A stretch of DNA of 64,000 bases from Deinococcus sp. Lineage in GTDB: Bacteria; Deinococcota; Deinococci; Deinococcales; Deinococcaceae. The stretch spans positions 1,856,001-1,920,000 of the forward strand of contig OZ253375.1 in NCBI GenBank assembly GCA_965261005.1. The letters are read 5' to 3'. A model generated the notes under the pieces. It was not told the origin of the DNA and searched no databases. It saw only the letters and a list, made by a program, of their open reading frames with translations. Below, piece after piece: positions 49,446 to 60,695 of this stretch; position 1 is the stretch's first letter; every line of letters starts with the position of its first letter. A program made the translations under genes and the position numbers.

Positions 49446-49649
49446 TCAGCCCAGCTCTACCTCGTCGTCCTCTTCCCCGAGCGCGCGGCGCACCGCCTCC
49501 AAACGCTCCTTGCACGCCTCGTAGGCCGCCCGCGCCTCTTCGAGCAGCGGCAGCACCTCGTCGAGGTCGGCGTCCCCCTCCTCCAGCCGGGCGGCGATGC
49601 GGCTGAGGGTGGCGTAGTGGGTTCGGAAGTTTTTGGAGTCGGCGCTCAT
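49446..49649 (-). CDS. xseB: Exodeoxyribonuclease VII small subunit
   Basis: [25 protein letters not shown]...CKERL; follows xseA. Confidence 0.9.
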   Translation of the reverse strand: MSADSKNFRTHYATLSRIAARLEEGDADLDEVLPLLEEARAAYEACKERLEAVRRALGEEDDEVELG

Positions 49650-50815
49650 ACGGTCACGTCCACCACACCATCTTGAAACTCCAAGGTGAGACGCCCGGCG
49701 CGCCTCGCCTCGTCGGCGCGGCTGACGACGCCGGCCTCCGAACGCACCAGGGCGTAGCCGCGCCTCAGGGTGCGCTGCGGGGTCAGGCCCAGCACGGCGC
49801 GCATGGCCCCGTCGAGGTCGGCGGCGCGGCGGCCCACCAGTTGGCGGGCGGCGCGCAATACCTGCGCCCGCGCCGCCCCCGCCGCCAACTCCGCCCGGCG
49901 CAGCGCCGCGCGCCCCCCCGCCTGGACGGTTTCAAAATTCGCCTCGGCCTCGCGGGCGCCCTCCAGCACGCTATTTACAATCAGGGCAATCGCCTTGGAG
50001 GGCGTGTCACAGCGCCGGGCGGCGACCTCGTCCAGAATGGTGTCGTCGCGAGCATGGCCGATGCCGGTGATGACCGGAACCGGAAAGCGCGCCAGCGCGC
50101 GGGCCAGATCCAGGTCGTTCAGCCACGCGAGGTCGGTGCTGGCTCCCCCGCCGCGAATCAGCACCAGCGCGTCGAAGGGGTCGGCGGCGTGGGCCAGGTG
50201 CGCTTCAGAAAGTGCGGCCAGCAGCGAGGCCGGCGCCGCGCGGCCCTGAAACAGCGCCTCAAAATAAACGAAGTCGCACACGCCCGAGAGGCGGTCGGCC
50301 TCGCGCCGGAAGTCGCCGAGGCCGGCGGCGTTCTTGGGACTCAGCACCGCCACGCGCCCAAAATCTTCCGGCAGCGGCAGGGCGCGGTTGGCCTCGTAGC
50401 TGCCTTCCGAGAGCAGCGTCTCGCGCAAACGGTCGAGCTTCTGGCGCATGTCCCCCAGCGTGAACTCGGGCGCCAGGTCGATCACCGTCAGCGAGAAGCC
50501 GTACTGCGTGTGGAACTCGGGCACCACCGACAGCAGCACCTTGGTGTCGGGCCGCAACCCCGCCCCGGTGGCGCGGCGGAACTTGCCCTCCAGCGCGGCG
50601 CGCTCCCCCGCCCACAAATTGGCGCGCGTCTTGGCGATTTCGCGGCCAGCCTCGTCGTGCTGTACCAGGTCCAGGTAGAGGTGGCGGCGGTCGGTCAGGG
50701 CGGCGATCTCGGCCTGCACCCACACGCTGCCGGGAATGCCGCGCGCCAAGACCATGCCCACGTAGTCGAGCAGCTCGGCCAGCTGAAGGGATTGGCGCGG
50801 CGCCGCTACCGCCAT
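49646..50815 (-). CDS. xseA: Exodeoxyribonuclease VII large subunit
   Basis: [33 protein letters not shown]. Confidence 0.93.
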   Translation of the reverse strand: MAVAAPRQSLQLAELLDYVGMVLARGIPGSVWVQAEIAALTDRRHLYLDLVQHDEAGREIAKTRANLWAGERAALEGKFRRATGAGLRPDTKVLLSVVPEFHTQYGFSLTVIDLAPEFTLGDMRQKLDRLRETLLSEGSYEANRALPLPEDFGRVAVLSPKNAAGLGDFRREADRLSGVCDFVYFEALFQGRAAPASLLAALSEAHLAHAADPFDALVLIRGGGASTDLAWLNDLDLARALARFPVPVITGIGHARDDTILDEVAARRCDTPSKAIALIVNSVLEGAREAEANFETVQAGGRAALRRAELAAGAARAQVLRAARQLVGRRAADLDGAMRAVLGLTPQRTLRRGYALVRSEAGVVSRADEARRAGRLTLEFQDGVVDVTV

Positions 50816-51189
50816 ACGGTTCCCGCCACAATGCGGCCCAACACGACGGCCAAGAGGCCCAGCCCCAGGTTGCCCAGGAGATAAGCGCCGGCGCCGCCCC
50901 ACTCGGCGCGCCCCAGCAGCCCGTCGGCGTCCACCGCGAAGGTCGAAAAGGTGGTAAAGGCGCCCAGAAAGCCCACCCCGAGGGCGCGCTGCCACTCCAA
51001 ACTGAGCAAACCGCGCCCGAACAACGTCACGACCAAGCCCAGCGCGAACGACCCCAGCACGTTGATAAACAGGGTCCCCAGCGGAAAGCCCGCCCACGCC
51101 GTCCTGAGCGTGAGCGTCCCGATCAAACCGCCCAACCCGTAGCGCGCCAGCGCCCCCAGCGCCCCGCCGATTGCCACGCCCAGCCACAT
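50806..51189 (-). CDS. crcB: Fluoride efflux channel
   Basis: [30 protein letters not shown]. Confidence 0.95.
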   Translation of the reverse strand: MWLGVAIGGALGALARYGLGGLIGTLTLRTAWAGFPLGTLFINVLGSFALGLVVTLFGRGLLSLEWQRALGVGFLGAFTTFSTFAVDADGLLGRAEWGGAGAYLLGNLGLGLLAVVLGRIVAGTVWR

Positions 51190-51282
51190 AGGGGGAGCAT
51201 AGCGCCCGCGCAGAATGGCGGGGGCATGATGCTCCAACAGGGTAACGTCGCCGGTAACCTTTCCAAGTACTATGCTCGGAAG

Positions 51283-51663
51283 ATGACGATTCCCGAACAC
51301 CGTATCCAGCGTGCGATTAAGGCGCAGATGCAGCGCCTCGGCGTCAGCAACGCGGACCTGGCGCGCAAGCTCGGCGTGAAGCCTCCGCACGTCTCCCGCG
51401 TGGTGAGCCGTCAAAGCGCGCGAATTCCGGACAGCCTGCTCACGCTGCTGGCCGCCCTCGATCTCGAACCGACCGTGAAGCCCCGCGCCGAGGGTGAACG
51501 TCCCTTGACCGCTGCGGGCGTTCCGTACACGGGCGACCCTGAAACGGACGCCGTTCTCAACGACCACCCGGACATTCTGGAGCGGGCCGCAAAGCTCGAA
51601 GGCGGTAAGGACAAACTGATTCCCCTGGAATCGCTGCTGCGGGAACTCGGCGTGAGGCCGTGA
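51283..51663 (+). CDS. XRE HTH protein, probable orphaned antitoxin
   Basis: [21 protein letters not shown]-terminal [13 protein letters not shown] typical of RelB-like tails. Confidence 0.75.
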   Translation: MTIPEHRIQRAIKAQMQRLGVSNADLARKLGVKPPHVSRVVSRQSARIPDSLLTLLAALDLEPTVKPRAEGERPLTAAGVPYTGDPETDAVLNDHPDILERAAKLEGGKDKLIPLESLLRELGVRP

Positions 51664-51681
51664 CCCTCTTCAGGGTCTTCC

Positions 51682-52479
51682 GTATATCTGATGAGCGAGG
51701 TAGCGCGGGATGGGAAGGGGGGGTAAGGAAGTGGGCATGAGCGGCGAGGTGACACCCAGCGTCACAGAGCTTCTCGACCTGGTGCAGACCCTCACCGCGC
51801 GGATTGAGCGCCTGGAAACTGAGAACCAGCAGTTGCGCGAAGAGAACACTCGTCTGAACAAGCGCCTTGGTGAGCTGGAGCGCCGTCAGAAGAAGACGGT
51901 GGCGCCCTCCGGCCGCGACACCCCCAAGGCTCACCCTCAATCCCCTGGGCGCCGTGCCGGATAAGGCGTGTTCAGTTACCGCGCGCCACCCCAAGCGGGC
52001 GACATCACGCGCGTGGTCGAGGTGTCGCTGCCCGCGACCTGTCCATGTGGTGGTGCGTTGGAAGCGCAGCACAGCGACCTCGTCAGCTTGACCGACTTGC
52101 CCGTGAGACGTCCCAGCGTGACGGCCTCCCATCTGGCGGTGGGGCAGTGTCGGCGCTGTGGTCGCCGGCTGGGGTTCGCGCCGTGCCGCTCACAAGAAAA
52201 CAAGCGGCTGGTGCGGGGGAGAGTCAAGCATCACGAGCGGTGAAATCTGCTGCACTTCCTGCTGGACCCGAACCTTCCGCCGACGAACGACGTGGCGGAA
52301 CGAGCCTTGCGGCCGGCGGTGATCGCCCGCAAAGTGTCGCAGTGCAGCAAGACCGCAGCGGGAAGCGCAGCCTTCGCCATCTTCAAGTCCCTGACGCAGA
52401 CCGCACGGTTCGCTGGACTCGATCCCTTTCAAACCCGGCTCAACCACCGCCGAGAGCAGAACACCCGCTCATCACATAC
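51682..52479 (+). mobile_element. Degenerate IS66-family element
   Basis: Imperfect terminal IRs GTATATCTGATGAGCG / CGCTCATCACATAC; leucine zipper, Zn finger (CPCGG...CRRC) and TNDVAERALRPAVIARK fragments, with a stop codon and a central deletion. Confidence 0.85.
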
Positions 52480-52613
52480 GACAAAACCAGGGGCGTCCTA
52501 AACTGGTCATCGGTGCTGAGGGTCGCCGCCAAACGATAGCCCCCGGTGTCAGACCTGAGCAACAAACGACTCTACCGCCTCACCTTCCGGATCAAGTCAC
52601 AGAAAGGACACGC

Positions 52614-53309
52614 ATGAGCGAGATGGAGCCGCGCAAGGTCACGACCCTGATCCCCGCAAGAAGTAAGGCGCCGCTGGTCGTCGGCGGTCTGATCGCCGGC
52701 ACGCTGGGCCTGGTGGTCATTGCAGCGGCAGCCGTGGCCCTGTTCCAGGTGGCGCTGACCGCCGTGACGGTCGTGGCCTGGGTGGTGGTGGTCGCCGCCT
52801 TCTGGTACCTGTGGCCCGCGCTGGTCTACAGCCTTCAGGTCGGGCGGCTCAGGCTTGAGGACGCCGTGACCCGCGCCAATCCCCTGGAGGCGCTGGAGCT
52901 GGAACGGCAGAACTTCGCGCAGCTGATTCAGAGCAAGACGGCCCAGCTCGCGGCGGCGGGCGGCGAGCTGAAGAACGTCGAGCGGGTCTTCGCCGAGAGC
53001 CAGGGGGACCTGAGCGTGGAGCGCCGCGAGGCGTGGAGCGCGCAGATCGAGAACCGCAAGACCGCCTACGCCACCGCGCAACAGCGGCTTGACGACCTGC
53101 GCGTCAAGCTGACGGCCTTCGACCGGGAAATCAAGGTGGCCCGCGCCGAGATGCAGATGGCCGACGCCGACGCCTCGCTGGCCAAGGCGCTCGACAAGTC
53201 CGGCGTCACGCCCGATCTATCGCGCAAGACCAGGACGGCCGTCGAGAGCATCACCAAGGAGATTGGGCAGTCCTCGGCCCTGCTCGAAGAAGCCTTGAGG
53301 GCGGTATGA
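52614..53309 (+). CDS. Uncharacterised membrane-anchored coiled-coil protein
   Basis: RBS AAAGGA; two hydrophobic segments, then RANPLE and a long heptad-rich region. Confidence 0.8.
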   Translation: MSEMEPRKVTTLIPARSKAPLVVGGLIAGTLGLVVIAAAAVALFQVALTAVTVVAWVVVVAAFWYLWPALVYSLQVGRLRLEDAVTRANPLEALELERQNFAQLIQSKTAQLAAAGGELKNVERVFAESQGDLSVERREAWSAQIENRKTAYATAQQRLDDLRVKLTAFDREIKVARAEMQMADADASLAKALDKSGVTPDLSRKTRTAVESITKEIGQSSALLEEALRAV

Positions 53310-53467
53310 AACGTCCCGCCCGCATCGCCGTCACCTTCGGCGTGATCTTAGCGCTCGCCGTCGGCGTGATCGCCTGGGACCAGTCGCGCGCTCACGGGGT
53401 GGCCGGGACCGTCCAGCAAAGCGGCCAGGGTACGTCGCCGAGCGATCCCTTCGGAGGTCTGAAGTGA
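53306..53467 (+). CDS. 53-aa single-TM micropeptide (absent from the ORF track)
   Basis: MKRPARIAVTFGVILALAVGVIAWDQSR...SDPFGGLK; ATGA and GTGA overlaps with both neighbours. Confidence 0.7.
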   Translation: MKRPARIAVTFGVILALAVGVIAWDQSRAHGVAGTVQQSGQGTSPSDPFGGLK

Positions 53468-53888
53468 GCAGAAAGACGGGCAGCATCGACGTGTGGGGCG
53501 TTCTGCTGCGCGAGGTCAAGGCCAGCTTGGTCGAGACCACGCGCGGCGTTTCCGAATTGCTGCTCGATGGCCTGCCCTACCTGGTGACCCGCCAGAACTT
53601 TGGTCTGTTCATTCTCATGCGGATTCCGCTCAATTTCGTACAGTCGAGAACAGCGCTCGCCCGTACTCCATACCGCGAAGGGCTGTATCTCTTTCCTCCT
53701 CACGCCAAGCGAAGGGGAGGCGAAGCTTTTGCAGCTTCAAATTGATGGCCGAGGACGGCGCCGTCTTCGTCAACGACGGGGGTTGGAACACGACCCTGAC
53801 GGGTCCCCCGGGGGACGTCAAAGAAGAGCTGCAAGCGCTTGAACACGACCTCGCCTCCTTCACGGCATCCCCAAGGAGAACACCATGA
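53464..53888 (+). pseudogene. Hypothetical gene interrupted by a MITE fragment
   Basis: N-part MSRKTGSIDVW...GLFI and C-part FKLMAEDGAVFVNDGGW...PRRTP are in different frames, separated by the repeat. Confidence 0.55.
53615..53731 (+). repeat. SRE/SNR-like MITE copy 3 (truncated)
   Basis: TCATGCGGATTCCGCT start; CGCCAAGCGAAGGGGAGGCGAARCTTTTG shared with 38617-38645. Confidence 0.8.
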
Positions 53889-54763
53889 AACGACTGCTGC
53901 TGCTCGCCCTGCTGTCCCTACCCTCATCCCTGGCCCAGAACGTCCTCAACGTCGCCACCGGCGGCCCCACAGGAACCTACACCCAAATCTTCAAAAACAT
54001 GGGCGACGTCTGCGCGGGCGCCTCATGGCTGAAGGAGGTCCACACCGGCGGCTCCATCGACAACGTCGACATGCTGCTTGGCAACAAGGTCTCGCTGGCC
54101 TTCGCCCAGGTGGACGTCCTCAAGGCGCGCGCTCAGATCGACGGCGACACCCGCGTGAACGAGATTCGGGCGCTGCTGCCCCTGTATGATGAGGAGATTC
54201 ACGTTCTGGCCCTCACGCCGAAAAAGACCGGCGGCGTACTCGGCATTGGCGCCAAGATGACCGGCGTGACCAAGTTCAGCGAACTCGGCGGCAAGCGGGT
54301 GGGCGCCTGGGGCGGCAGCGTGGTCACCGCGCGGGTGATGAGCGCGATGGGCGGCGTCAAGTACAGCGTGGTCCCGCTGCAAAACCAGGCGGCCGGGCTG
54401 GCCGCCCTCGCCGGCGGTCAGGTGGACGCCCTGATCGCGGTGGTCGGCCAGCCCGCCAGCTGGATCGCCGACCTCGATCCGGCGCGCTTCGCGCTGATCC
54501 CGGTCGATGTGAGCGGCAAGCTGGCTGACTTTTACCACCCGGCCAAGCTGATCTACCCCAAGTTCGGCGCCGGCGTGCCCACCTACGCGGTGCAGAGCGT
54601 TCTGGCGACCCGTAACTTCAAGAGTGCAGACAAGAAAAAGCTGCTGCTGGCTTACCAAAACTGCGTTGAGTCCAAGCTGACCGACCTTCAGGAGAACGAG
54701 GGAATGCACCCCAAGTGGCAAGACGTGACCTTCAAAAACAGCGCGTGGCCGCTGTACAAGTAG
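53885..54763 (+). CDS. TAXI-family (TRAP-like) solute-binding protein
   Basis: Signal peptide; VATGGPTGTY, TGGSIDN, LAFAQVD, LYDEEIHV. Confidence 0.82.
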   Translation: MKRLLLLALLSLPSSLAQNVLNVATGGPTGTYTQIFKNMGDVCAGASWLKEVHTGGSIDNVDMLLGNKVSLAFAQVDVLKARAQIDGDTRVNEIRALLPLYDEEIHVLALTPKKTGGVLGIGAKMTGVTKFSELGGKRVGAWGGSVVTARVMSAMGGVKYSVVPLQNQAAGLAALAGGQVDALIAVVGQPASWIADLDPARFALIPVDVSGKLADFYHPAKLIYPKFGAGVPTYAVQSVLATRNFKSADKKKLLLAYQNCVESKLTDLQENEGMHPKWQDVTFKNSAWPLYK

Positions 54764-54764
54764 G

Positions 54765-54787
54765 GGGGCGGGTTTGAGGTCCGCCCC
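54765..54787 (+). terminator. Hairpin after the TAXI gene
   Basis: GGGGCGGG...TCCGCCCC, without a clear T-tract. Confidence 0.45.
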
Positions 54788-54897
54788 TCGCCGTGAAGTG
54801 TATGACGCACGGGCGGCCAAACGGCTCAAGTGAAGCCGAAAGGGTCAGCGTAGAACGTCCCCTCAGGGACATTTGAGCGCCCGCGTAAGATGCGCGC

Positions 54898-55836
54898 ATG
54901 ATTCGCATTTTGGCCCCCGGCGGCCAGCCGGCAGAATTGGCCCCGGATCAATTGGACAAGCTGAGGGAGCTGTGCGCCCAACAGGGGGTGTGGGCCGACG
55001 TGTGCTCGCCCACCCCACAGGAGGTGGAGGCCCTGAAGGGGGTCTTTCCCCTGAACGCCTTCGCGCTGGAGGACGCCTTGGAGCGCGACCACTGGAGCCG
55101 CTTCGGGCGCTACCCGGAACACGACTTCCTGATCCTGCGCACCCTGGCCGAGCCGGAGAGCGCCGGGAGCCGCACCGAGCGCGCCTCGATGTTTTGGCAA
55201 GCCCACTTTCTGCTGACCATCACCACCGAGCCGGTCAGCTACCTGGACGAGGTGTGGGACGAGCGCGCGGGCGAGCCGTTCGGGGTGCAGGACATCATCT
55301 ACAGCCTGCTCGACCACGCCACCGACGCCTTTTTCACCTACGCCGACACGCTGCGTGAGGCCACCGACGCCCTGGAGGAGCGGCTGTTCGGCGCGCAGGT
55401 GGGCAACACCCTGGCGCGCGAGGTCTTCGACCTCAAGCACGCGGCGGCTGGCGCGCGGCGCACGAGCGGCGGGACGCTGGCGGCCTGCGTGGGGCTGGCG
55501 CGCCACCTCGGCGGGGCGGACGCCCTGCGGCTGCACGACGTGCAGGAAAACCTCGGCCGGGTGCAGGAGACCTTCGACGGCATTCGCGACGTGCTGTCGA
55601 GCGTCCTCGACGTCTACCTGAACGTCCAGAACCAGCGCATGAACGAGGTGGTCAAGACCCTCACCGCCGTCAGCACCATCTTCTTGCCGCTGACCTTTTT
55701 GGCCGGCGTATGGGGCATGAACTTCGCCTACATGCCCGAACTGCACTGGCGCTACGGCTATCTGTTCGCGTGGCTGAGCATGCTGGCCCTGGGCGGGGCG
55801 CTGACGATCTACTTCAAGCGGCGCGGCTGGTGGTGA
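54898..55836 (+). CDS. corA: CorA family Mg2+/Co2+ transporter
   Basis: NQRMNEVVKTLT, FLPLTFLAGVWGMNF..MPEL. Confidence 0.92.
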   Translation: MIRILAPGGQPAELAPDQLDKLRELCAQQGVWADVCSPTPQEVEALKGVFPLNAFALEDALERDHWSRFGRYPEHDFLILRTLAEPESAGSRTERASMFWQAHFLLTITTEPVSYLDEVWDERAGEPFGVQDIIYSLLDHATDAFFTYADTLREATDALEERLFGAQVGNTLAREVFDLKHAAAGARRTSGGTLAACVGLARHLGGADALRLHDVQENLGRVQETFDGIRDVLSSVLDVYLNVQNQRMNEVVKTLTAVSTIFLPLTFLAGVWGMNFAYMPELHWRYGYLFAWLSMLALGGALTIYFKRRGWW

Positions 55837-56018
55837 GGGGCTTCCCCCAGCCAGCCGCGCGCCCGCCAAGCGTCCACGCCGAACCAGAGGGCGAGTCCGA
55901 GCGGCAGCGCGGCCCATAGACTCCTCTGGCTCAGGCCCAGCCAGAGGGCGAGCGTGAGGCAGGTCAGGCAGGCCAAAATGCTCAGCAGCAGCACGGTTTT
56001 GGTGGGAAGGCGGCGCAT
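55809..56018 (-). CDS. Small 2-TM hypothetical protein
   Basis: TACACT 6 nt before the ATG; two hydrophobic helices; the 3' end overlaps corA. Confidence 0.6.
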   Translation of the reverse strand: MRRLPTKTVLLLSILACLTCLTLALWLGLSQRSLWAALPLGLALWFGVDAWRARGWLGEAPHHQPRRLK

Positions 56019-56237
56019 GACCCAAGTGTAAGGCCGGGCTTCTCTCAAGGCCCTTACGGCCTGACGTCATCGTTGGTGAAAGGAATCTACATGAGGAAGG
56101 CGGATCAGAATCAGCCCGGCCGACCGCTCTTGGCACGTTCGCTCACGTCCGGCCCGGCTCTACTACGCCGCACCACCCGCAACGAACCCAAGCCCCTTCA
56201 AGGCGGCTGGGTTATGTTGGTCAACCTGACGGGACAC

Positions 56238-56283
56238 TCATACGAATTCCGCTTAGTTCCTCAACACCGGGGAACCCGTATCA
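56238..56283 (+). repeat. SRE/SNR-like MITE copy 4 (46-bp mini element)
   Basis: TCA-TACGAATTCCGCTT...GGAACCCGTA-TCA. Confidence 0.65.
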
Positions 56284-57223
56284 CCTCAGGTGAACAAGGT
56301 TGCGCGGTTGGCGGGCGACAAAGGCTTCGAGATTCCCGATCAGCTGCTCGGCCAGCGTCTCGATGGACTGCACGCTGGCAAAGGCCATATGCGGAGTCAA
56401 GATCAGGTTCGGCAGGTCGAGGTCAAGCAGTGGGTTGCCTGCGGTGGGCGGTTCTTGTGACAGCACGTCGATCCCGGCACCCCCGAGTTCGTTCCGAAGC
56501 AGCGCTCCAGCCAGCGCCGCCTCATCGACGATCCCCCCACGGGCGCAGTTGATGAGCAGCGCGTCCGGTCGCATCTGGGCCAGTTCCGACGCGCCGATCA
56601 TGCCGCAGGTCGTCTCGTTCAGCGGGCACAGGATGACCAGCGCGTGGCTCTCCGCGAGCACCCGCTCAAACGAAGCACGACCCGCACGCAAAGTGGCGGC
56701 TCCTTTGTGCTCTGCAATCAGAGTTTTCATGCCGAAAGCCCGCGCCAGAACCGAGACCTGCCGGCCGAGCGCGCCATACCCGATCACGCCCAGGGTGGTG
56801 CCCGCTAATGTGATCGGCAGCGGCTGAAGCAAAAAGCCGTAGGTGGGTGACGCCTGCCACCGCGCGTTCATAGTTTGGCAGCTGCCGGCGTAGCGACAAC
56901 AGCAATGCGAAGACGTGCTCGGGAACCGACACGGACCAGTCGCGCACGTTGCACACCGAGACGCCGCGCTCTGCGCAGACGGCCACATCCACGTGCTCGT
57001 ATCCGGTGGCGGCTACCGCTACCAGTTCTAGGGTCGGCACCGCTTCGAGGACGGCGCGCGTGATGGGCACCCGGTTGGTGATTGCGATGTGAGCGCCCCG
57101 CAGGCGCTGGGCCGTCCGTTCCGGCGGCGTGTGGGCGTATTCTCGCCATTGATGCGAGAACTCCGGCGCCCGCAGCGGCACCCCGATGGCGCGGCGGTCG
57201 AGAAACACAACCCGGCGGCTCAC
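56281..57223 (-). pseudogene. D-2-hydroxyacid (glycerate-type) dehydrogenase, frameshifted near 56860
   Basis: N-half VVFLDR...ATGYEHVD...VPEH and C-half GVIGYGALG...INCARGG...TPHMA lie in different frames. Confidence 0.85.
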
Positions 57224-57642
57224 AAGCTTGGGGCACGGCCGTACAACGGCAAATTCCCGATCAGCTTGTTGAGCGTTTTCCTTGGACCGTACAGGATAAG
57301 GCCCAGATATCCCAAGGCTTCTGCGGGTGTGGCCGCCAGCGCCGAGATGTACGCCTCGTAGGTGCGGGCGTGCTGAGCGACGTCGCTGAAGCCCACGACC
57401 GTCATCCCCTCCTGTTCGGCCGCGCGCGCTCGCAGGGTCTTCATGGTGTCCCGGTCGGCCACCAAGACAGGCAGCGGCACGTTGATCAACCCGGCGTGTG
57501 CCTCCCCCGAGGCGTCCAGCGCGTCGGGAGGCAACAGGCCCGGCAGCTTGTGCCCCAGCGTCACCGCCAGCACGCCCGCCGCGTTCACGGCCAGGCCCGC
57601 TGAGAGGTCGTCCGCCAAGACCATCACACACTTCACGTCCAT
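57220..57642 (-). CDS. DUF2000 family protein
   Basis: KCVMVL..DL.AGLAVNAA...DASGEAH.GL...YLGLILYGPRK..NKLIGNLPL. Confidence 0.85.
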   Translation of the reverse strand: MDVKCVMVLADDLSAGLAVNAAGVLAVTLGHKLPGLLPPDALDASGEAHAGLINVPLPVLVADRDTMKTLRARAAEQEGMTVVGFSDVAQHARTYEAYISALAATPAEALGYLGLILYGPRKTLNKLIGNLPLYGRAPSL

Positions 57643-57748
57643 GTCGTCCTCCACGGAACCTCCTGAGGGAACTCCTGACCGGAAGGTAGCGCGGGCGAAC
57701 ACCGCCATCTTGCAAAATATTGTCATGTCGGGGCGCTATGCTCGGGGC

Positions 57749-58618
57749 GTGGGTGACGTAAAACCGGTCGGGCGCGTTCGCCTCGGCCGTGATCAGGCGC
57801 GCCTGTGGCCTGTCCCCTTTCTGGGTGGACTTGACGTATTGCAGGCCCGCTTCGTCAAGCAGGCGTTCGCGCGCCACACGCATGAGGTGTTCACCGTCGG
57901 GGTGGTGTGGCGGGGCGCGGCGGCGTTCTGGAACCGGGGCGCCGAGCACGTCGCCCCGGACGGCAGCGTTATGCTGATCAACCCGGACGAGGTGAACACC
58001 GGCCACGCCTACGCCGAGGGCGGCTACGTTCATCTGGTGCTTTACCCCAGCGCCGAGCAGCTCCACACCGTGGCCGAGCAAATCGCGGGGAGGAGTGTGG
58101 GCGTTCCATACTTCCCGCAGAGCGTCGCGGCGGCGCCCGACGTGGCGGCGCAACTTACCAAGGCGCACCGCGCGTTGATCGCCCCGGAAACGTCCCAATT
58201 GGCGCGTGAGACGGCGCTACAAGACGCGCTCTCAAGCCTGGTCACCTCGCTTGCCGGGGGACGCCTTTCGCCGGGGCGAGTGGGGCGGGAGCGGGCAGCG
58301 GTGCGCTCGGCGCGAATGCATTTAGAGGCGAACGCCTGCGAGAACGTGTCGCTCGACGATCTGGCCCGGCTCACAGGTCTCAGCCCCTTCCACCTCACGC
58401 GCGCATTTCGCCAAGAGGTCGGGTTGCCGCCGCACGCTTATCAGGTGCAGGCACGTGTGCGCAGGGCGAAGGCGTGGATCGCCGCCGGGTGGAGCCTCGC
58501 GGAGGTGGCGCTCGCGGCGGGCTTCAGCGATCAGAGCGCGCTCTCGAACCAGTTCAGGCGCCACGTAGGCGTGACGCCCGGACAGTACGCGCGTTGGTTC
58601 GGGGCACAAGGCGGCTGA
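57749..58618 (+). CDS. AraC family transcriptional regulator
   Basis: FARHTHE cupin; SLDDLA..GLSPFHLTRAF; GFSDQS; GVTPGQY. Confidence 0.92.
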   Translation: MGDVKPVGRVRLGRDQARLWPVPFLGGLDVLQARFVKQAFARHTHEVFTVGVVWRGAAAFWNRGAEHVAPDGSVMLINPDEVNTGHAYAEGGYVHLVLYPSAEQLHTVAEQIAGRSVGVPYFPQSVAAAPDVAAQLTKAHRALIAPETSQLARETALQDALSSLVTSLAGGRLSPGRVGRERAAVRSARMHLEANACENVSLDDLARLTGLSPFHLTRAFRQEVGLPPHAYQVQARVRRAKAWIAAGWSLAEVALAAGFSDQSALSNQFRRHVGVTPGQYARWFGAQGG

Positions 58619-58758
58619 AAGAGACCGAGCGCGGGTGGGGTATGCCAGGCATCTTCGGCGCAACGGGTGGTGAGCCGCCTTCCCAACACGATTCTCCTCG
58701 GTGGCAGCGATGTCAAACCCTTATGACCAGCGCCCTTTGCATCCCGGGCCGATTGGCC

Positions 58759-58885
58759 CTGGAGTGTTTGTCTGTGAAGTGAAGCGGCCGAAGGCGCGGA
58801 ACGGAACGGACAAACACTCTTCTTTTGCTACTCGTTCCACTCGGGAAGCAGGGGAAAACACCACTGCTTCCGACAAATGTTCTAG
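58759..58885. repeat. Second MITE/SNR-like element
   Basis: Ends CTGGAGTGTTTGTC / GACAAATGTTCTAG; internal GAGTGTTTGTC/GACAAACACTC and GGAAGCAG/CTGCTTCC stems. Confidence 0.6.
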
Positions 58886-58918
58886 AGTGGTGCAAATTCA
58901 CTTTTTCCTGGAGGTTTC

Positions 58919-60682
<1,764 letters not shown>

Positions 60683-60695
60683 GTGGGGACGTGGC

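Noticed and set aside
51190..51282. Fluoride riboswitch upstream of crcB
   Set aside because: crcB appears leaderless (TATGCT 6 nt before the ATG) and no riboswitch motif is evident
56238..58885. One split MITE carrying the dehydrogenase-DUF2000-AraC genes as cargo
   Set aside because: Each flanking element has its own pair of termini, and the two have different end types
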